Part shown: in pieces, positions 6,939 to 10,546 of the stretch
Layout of the letters: each line of letters opens with the position of its first letter
Position numbering within the stretch: position 1 is the first letter of the stretch
Assembly (NCBI GenBank): GCA_029856155.1
Contig: JAHQWL010000010.1
Span: 1 to 10,546 of the forward strand
Direction: 5' to 3'
DNA length: 10,546 bases
Source of the DNA: Promethearchaeia archaeon
GTDB lineage: Archaea; Asgardarchaeota; Lokiarchaeia; Sigyniarchaeales; SOKP01
Notes under the pieces: generated by a model
Seen by the model: the letters and a program-made list of their open reading frames with translations, nothing else
What the model was told of the DNA's origin: nothing
Database searches by the model: none
Position numbers and translations under genes: made by a program

Positions 6939-7862
6939 TTATAACCCCCGATAAAATTCTGGACGTAATATATTTTTATGAGTTAATCCGTAATTTATTG
7001 TACTTAAAATCTTATCTTTATCTCTGTCCAAAATACCTTTAATGGGTAAATAATTTGATGCGTGATTACTCCGGAAGATACAATTTGCATTTTCGTTATG
7101 AAAATCGATTTGGTTTATGAAATTTTTTAACTCTTGAAGAATTTCTATTGAATTCATCTCTTGAAATTCTCCCCTAATTTTTTTTCTAAAGATTTCAGTT
7201 CCAGAGGGTACCATAAGTGTGAGAAATGCAATATACCAAATCCTATCATCATCTGGACAAATTTTATTAACCAAATCAGCTGATTCTAAAGCATGTTCTT
7301 TTGAAATTTCAGGATTATTTCCACCACCTAGACCATTTATCAATGTCGCTGACAAAGTTATCCCCGCTTTCATCAATTTTTTAGAAGCTTTAATGTGATC
7401 TGATTTATTGACTTGTTTGTGTACCATTTCAAGTAAACTATCAGAACCAGACTCAAAACCAACATAAGCAATTTTAAGACCCGCTTCATACAACATCTTC
7501 AATTGCTCATCTGATTTTTTAAGTATATCTTTAGAGTGAGCATACACACCACACCTTTCTAAATTTGGAAAAAGGGTATATGCATATCTAGTTACCTCTA
7601 ATAATTTTTCAGTAGGAGTAACCATTGCATTCCCATCCAAGAAAAAAATTTTTCTTACATTTGATCCATATTGTTTTCTTGCAATATCTAAATCTTTTTT
7701 TACTAATTTTACATCCCTAACCAAAAATTTTTTGCGAAGATTTGACATACAAAAATCGCAATTAAATGTACAACCCTCAGTTAATTGAATTAAAAGAGAA
7801 TAAGCCTCACTGGGAGGTCTAAACACAGGTTGACAGTAATAAATTTCTTCTCTTGATTCCAT
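6939..7862 (-). CDS. Radical SAM superfamily protein (uncharacterised 'RPPSEA...SNHASN' family)
   Basis: 307 aa. Contains CxxxCxxC (CTFNCDFC) preceded by FRPPSEAYSLLIQLT, FFLDGNA, YVGFESGSD, INGLGG, FRSNHASNYL and a terminal LRPE..RGL, as in a widespread Fe-S oxidoreductase family of unknown substrate. Confidence 0.9.
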   Translation of the reverse strand: MESREEIYYCQPVFRPPSEAYSLLIQLTEGCTFNCDFCMSNLRKKFLVRDVKLVKKDLDIARKQYGSNVRKIFFLDGNAMVTPTEKLLEVTRYAYTLFPNLERCGVYAHSKDILKKSDEQLKMLYEAGLKIAYVGFESGSDSLLEMVHKQVNKSDHIKASKKLMKAGITLSATLINGLGGGNNPEISKEHALESADLVNKICPDDDRIWYIAFLTLMVPSGTEIFRKKIRGEFQEMNSIEILQELKNFINQIDFHNENANCIFRSNHASNYLPIKGILDRDKDKILSTINYGLTHKNILRPEFYRGL

Positions 7863-7916
7863 TTTACCTTAAAAATAATGAGGAAATTTAATGGTTATTT
7901 ATTTTTTTTAATAATT

Positions 7917-8606
7917 TCATTCTTCATCTTCTTCGTCCTCAGCATCAGCAGGTTTCTTTGGACATGAATTTAGATGTCTTCCTAAACGTAGAAATTCCTT
8001 TCCACAATAAGGACATTTCTGTTTTTCTGAACTTTTACTTTCTCCTCCTTCACCTGTTTCGCTAGTTTTTTTCCTCTTCTTCTTCTTTGGTTTAGAAGGT
8101 ATTATGTCTTCAATACTTGCATCATCAGGGGCAAATTCACAGCTCTGAATATGTGATGCCAAATTTTCAAAAAAATCTCCACAAAACGGACATTCAGTGA
8201 TATCAGCTATTTCTGAATCTTCAAGATCTGCTTTTCCTGCTTTTCTCTTTTCGAATTTCAATGGCACTTCTTCATCCTCTTCCTCAAATTCATCAATTGA
8301 TAAATCAATTTCTTCATCAGATATTATTTCTCCAAGTTCAAACTCTTCCAATTTTATTTCTTTCTCTCTGATTTTCTTTTCTGCTAATTTTTTACTTTCT
8401 TCATATACGTCAGAAAATCGCTGATTACTTTTAACTGGATCATATATAGCACATACTTGGCAAACATAAGCTCGAGTGCCTAAGATTAATTCTCTAGCAG
8501 GGCAATAGCATAAAGCTTGAAGACTAGTGCTTATATTACCTTTTGGTTCAAGATGTTTACACGCAACTTTCCTTGAATATTTAATTTTCTGTTTACGTCT
8601 TGGCAT
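7917..8606 (-). CDS. Multi-zinc-finger protein: N-terminal Cys/His cluster, acidic tract, two C2HC fingers flanking a poly-Lys tract
   Basis: The ORF track starts at a GTG (8615), but the ATG at 8606 (MPRRKQK) is an equally or more plausible start. Motifs: CKH..CYC..CQVC; an E/D-rich middle; CPFC-x9-HIQSC; KPKKKKRKK; CPYC-x9-HLNSC; and an acidic tail DAEDEEDEE. Confidence 0.85.
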   Translation of the reverse strand: MPRRKQKIKYSRKVACKHLEPKGNISTSLQALCYCPARELILGTRAYVCQVCAIYDPVKSNQRFSDVYEESKKLAEKKIREKEIKLEEFELGEIISDEEIDLSIDEFEEEDEEVPLKFEKRKAGKADLEDSEIADITECPFCGDFFENLASHIQSCEFAPDDASIEDIIPSKPKKKKRKKTSETGEGGESKSSEKQKCPYCGKEFLRLGRHLNSCPKKPADAEDEEDEE

Positions 8607-8706
8607 AAGATTCACTAAAAGAAGTAATCTAGATAATTATTCTTAAAATTTAATTTTTTTGAATTGCATGTAAGAAAATAAAATAATTAGAAATCTAAAA
8701 TGAAAT

Positions 8707-10317
8707 TTAAAAATTATAATGTAGGTTTTTGAGATCATTCACAATTTTATTTTTCAATTCGATATTTTCGAGGTTTGGTAATATCTCTTCGACAATATCT
8801 CTTAATTCCATAACTTTTTGGACAAGTAATTCTGCTTTATTCCAAAAGGATGTTCTTAATGGATGCATTTTTAAGATAGCTTTATTAAAATTCTCAATTG
8901 CTGCTCTATAAAATAAGCAAGCATTTTCTTGTTTATTAAGCCGTGATTGATAAATTGTACCAATTTTGTTAAAACACATTCCTGCACCAGCAAAATCTCC
9001 TTCTTTTTCAAAGATTATGGCAGCATCTTGAATTTTATTTAGAGCTTCCTCTAAAACATCGTTATCTGCTCTCTTTAATAACAAGTATCCTTTAATATAG
9101 TGTGCTATTCCCAGATAGAAACTATGATTTCGTTTCTTAGCAAGTTTATAGAGATCATCTGTAAATTCGTCAGCTAAAATTAGATGTTCATTTGATATAC
9201 ACATATGCGAAACAATTCTTAATAAATCTAAAACTCTATCAAAATCTTTAATCTCTTTATATTTGTTAATACCTTGCCTAAATTTTTCAATTCCTGTAAA
9301 TGAATCTTTCTTCTCAAAAGCCTGGTTTCCTTCATAAATTAATTGCTCTGCAATTTCTTTTAATTTTATCTCTTTCTGCTTTTTCTTCGCATCTATTTCG
9401 CCATAAAAGAAATCATCCACACCGAATGCTATTTCTTCTGCCATCGGAATTTCAGTTAAGAACTCTTTATTTGAAATACTACTAAGTTCATCGTTAAAGT
9501 GATTTGTTCCTTTAGCTTCTTGTTCTGATGAGACTAGAGTATTTTCTGGTGGTTTTTTATTTTCACCATAAGCAGATTGCAATGGTTTTCCTTCGGTAAC
9601 CAATGCAGATAGTTCAGATAACACATTTGCGAAAAAATATTTGTTTAATCCATCTACAACATAATCTACTTTGTAGTAATTAGTATCATACTGAGGATCA
9701 TTAATGTCCATAGTAACATCAGATATTCGATAAATTTCAAAACCAGTGTCATATTTAGTCATTGCATATTCAGAACCATCTTCATTTTTTATAATTTCTT
9801 GCTTTTTCTTTCCTAATAGTGTGTGATCGAATACCAATCCACAAAAATCATCGTTATTTTGCTGAAATCCTAATTGGTTAAGTAAATCTATGTAAGAAAA
9901 GAATAAGTTTAATCCAGGATGACTATGGAACCATCCAACCATATAATATTCTTTCCCTTCCTTATCGAGTGTTTCCTGAATATTCTCAATAAATCCATAG
10001 TGTCTTTCATCTAACTGTACATCTGTGGCATGACCAAACGTCAGAGCCTCAGCGCGCTCTACATATACTAATTCTTCGTCAGAAGTTCCAATTAAAATAC
10101 CATAGATCTCTTTCCATTGTTCTGGGGGTATTGACTTATTTGCATATCGACCTGCATATAAGATTATTGTCTTATAAGCATCTGCTCTAATAACTATTGA
10201 CTTACTGATTTTTTCTATGTGTTTTTCTTCTTTAATATCTTCATTTTCTAAATTAGATTCTATATTTTCGTTTCCTGAATTATGGTTATTAGTGGGTTTT
10301 TTGAATTTCTCTGACAT
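8707..10317 (-). CDS. MPN+/JAMM metalloprotease (Rpn11/CSN5-like isopeptidase) fused to C-terminal TPR/SNAP-like repeats
   Basis: 536 aa. EIYGILIG supplies the catalytic Glu and VGWFHSHPGLNLFFSYID gives an exact H-S-H-x7-S-x2-D JAMM motif. These are followed by GLVFD, FEIYR and NYYKVDY, a low-complexity linker, and helical repeats from about residue 320 (A..L..EG..AF; A.....IG.IY; A...Y..A). Confidence 0.9.
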   Translation of the reverse strand: MSEKFKKPTNNHNSGNENIESNLENEDIKEEKHIEKISKSIVIRADAYKTIILYAGRYANKSIPPEQWKEIYGILIGTSDEELVYVERAEALTFGHATDVQLDERHYGFIENIQETLDKEGKEYYMVGWFHSHPGLNLFFSYIDLLNQLGFQQNNDDFCGLVFDHTLLGKKKQEIIKNEDGSEYAMTKYDTGFEIYRISDVTMDINDPQYDTNYYKVDYVVDGLNKYFFANVLSELSALVTEGKPLQSAYGENKKPPENTLVSSEQEAKGTNHFNDELSSISNKEFLTEIPMAEEIAFGVDDFFYGEIDAKKKQKEIKLKEIAEQLIYEGNQAFEKKDSFTGIEKFRQGINKYKEIKDFDRVLDLLRIVSHMCISNEHLILADEFTDDLYKLAKKRNHSFYLGIAHYIKGYLLLKRADNDVLEEALNKIQDAAIIFEKEGDFAGAGMCFNKIGTIYQSRLNKQENACLFYRAAIENFNKAILKMHPLRTSFWNKAELLVQKVMELRDIVEEILPNLENIELKNKIVNDLKNLHYNF

Positions 10318-10546
10318 ATCAACTTTTCCTAATTTATTAATTAATTCTAAAAAAATAATAGGTATATACTTAATTAAAATTATCTATAAATAGTTCATAA
10401 TAAGTGGTTTTATCAATTAATTAAAGACATCTAATAAAAGAATAGAAAAAGCTCTAAATATTTTAAACAAAAGACACTCTGAACCTTAATAAGAATATTA
10501 TATGTGAAGATTTTTCTGACAATTAAATACTGTCGCTAGCTTGGAT

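Noticed and set aside
7908-7919. TGA stop of the zinc-finger gene considered for selenocysteine read-through
   Set aside because: An in-frame TAA follows two codons later, the context is an acidic tail rather than a catalytic site, and no SECIS-like hairpin is evident.
8197-8424. 75-aa Ser-rich + strand ORF
   Set aside because: Mirror of the Glu/Asp-rich tract (GAA/GAT codons) of the zinc-finger gene.
8729-8911. 60-aa + strand ORF
   Set aside because: Antisense to the JAMM-TPR C-terminus; no motifs or SD.
9300-9485. 61-aa + strand ORF
   Set aside because: Antisense inside the JAMM-TPR gene; no supporting features.
8707-10317. JAMM gene considered as part of a CBASS (Cap3) or Bil-type antiviral ubiquitin-like system
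   Set aside because: No CD-NTase, E1/E2 or Ubl gene is in the window, and the motif context looks Rpn11/CSN5-like. Genes beyond the right edge are unseen.
10318-10546. Right-end region checked for a gene or RNA
   Set aside because: AT-rich, with only short frames and a weak gaca/tgtc dyad. Probably the promoter region of the JAMM gene plus an uninterpretable edge.

Overview
AT-rich prokaryotic DNA that reads as archaeal, most likely Asgard/Lokiarchaeia-like. That assignment is an inference from the split archaeal ADP-forming acyl-CoA synthetase beta subunit, GGTGA/GGAGG ribosome-binding sites and several eukaryote-signature-like proteins. There are nine credible CDSs. On the left, on the minus strand, are acdB and a SERCA-type P2A ATPase that keeps a full two-site Ca2+ ligand set. 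In the middle is a divergent, tightly linked three-gene operon of unknown membrane proteins (a glycosylation-sequon-rich exported domain, a multi-TM protein, and a TM + zinc-ribbon protein). On the right, a helical protein ending in a PCI-like winged helix converges on a minus-strand run of three genes: an Rpn11/CSN5-like JAMM metalloprotease fused to an alpha-SNAP-like TPR region, a highly charged protein with a duplicated C2HC (UBZ-like) zinc finger, and a radical SAM enzyme. The best candidate for an undescribed system is this JAMM-TPR + C2HC-finger + PCI-like cluster, which resembles a minimal proteasome-lid/COP9-like ubiquitin eraser-reader-scaffold module. No tRNA, rRNA, CRISPR array or transposase was seen. 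Comparisons to reference proteins were made from memory, not from database searches.
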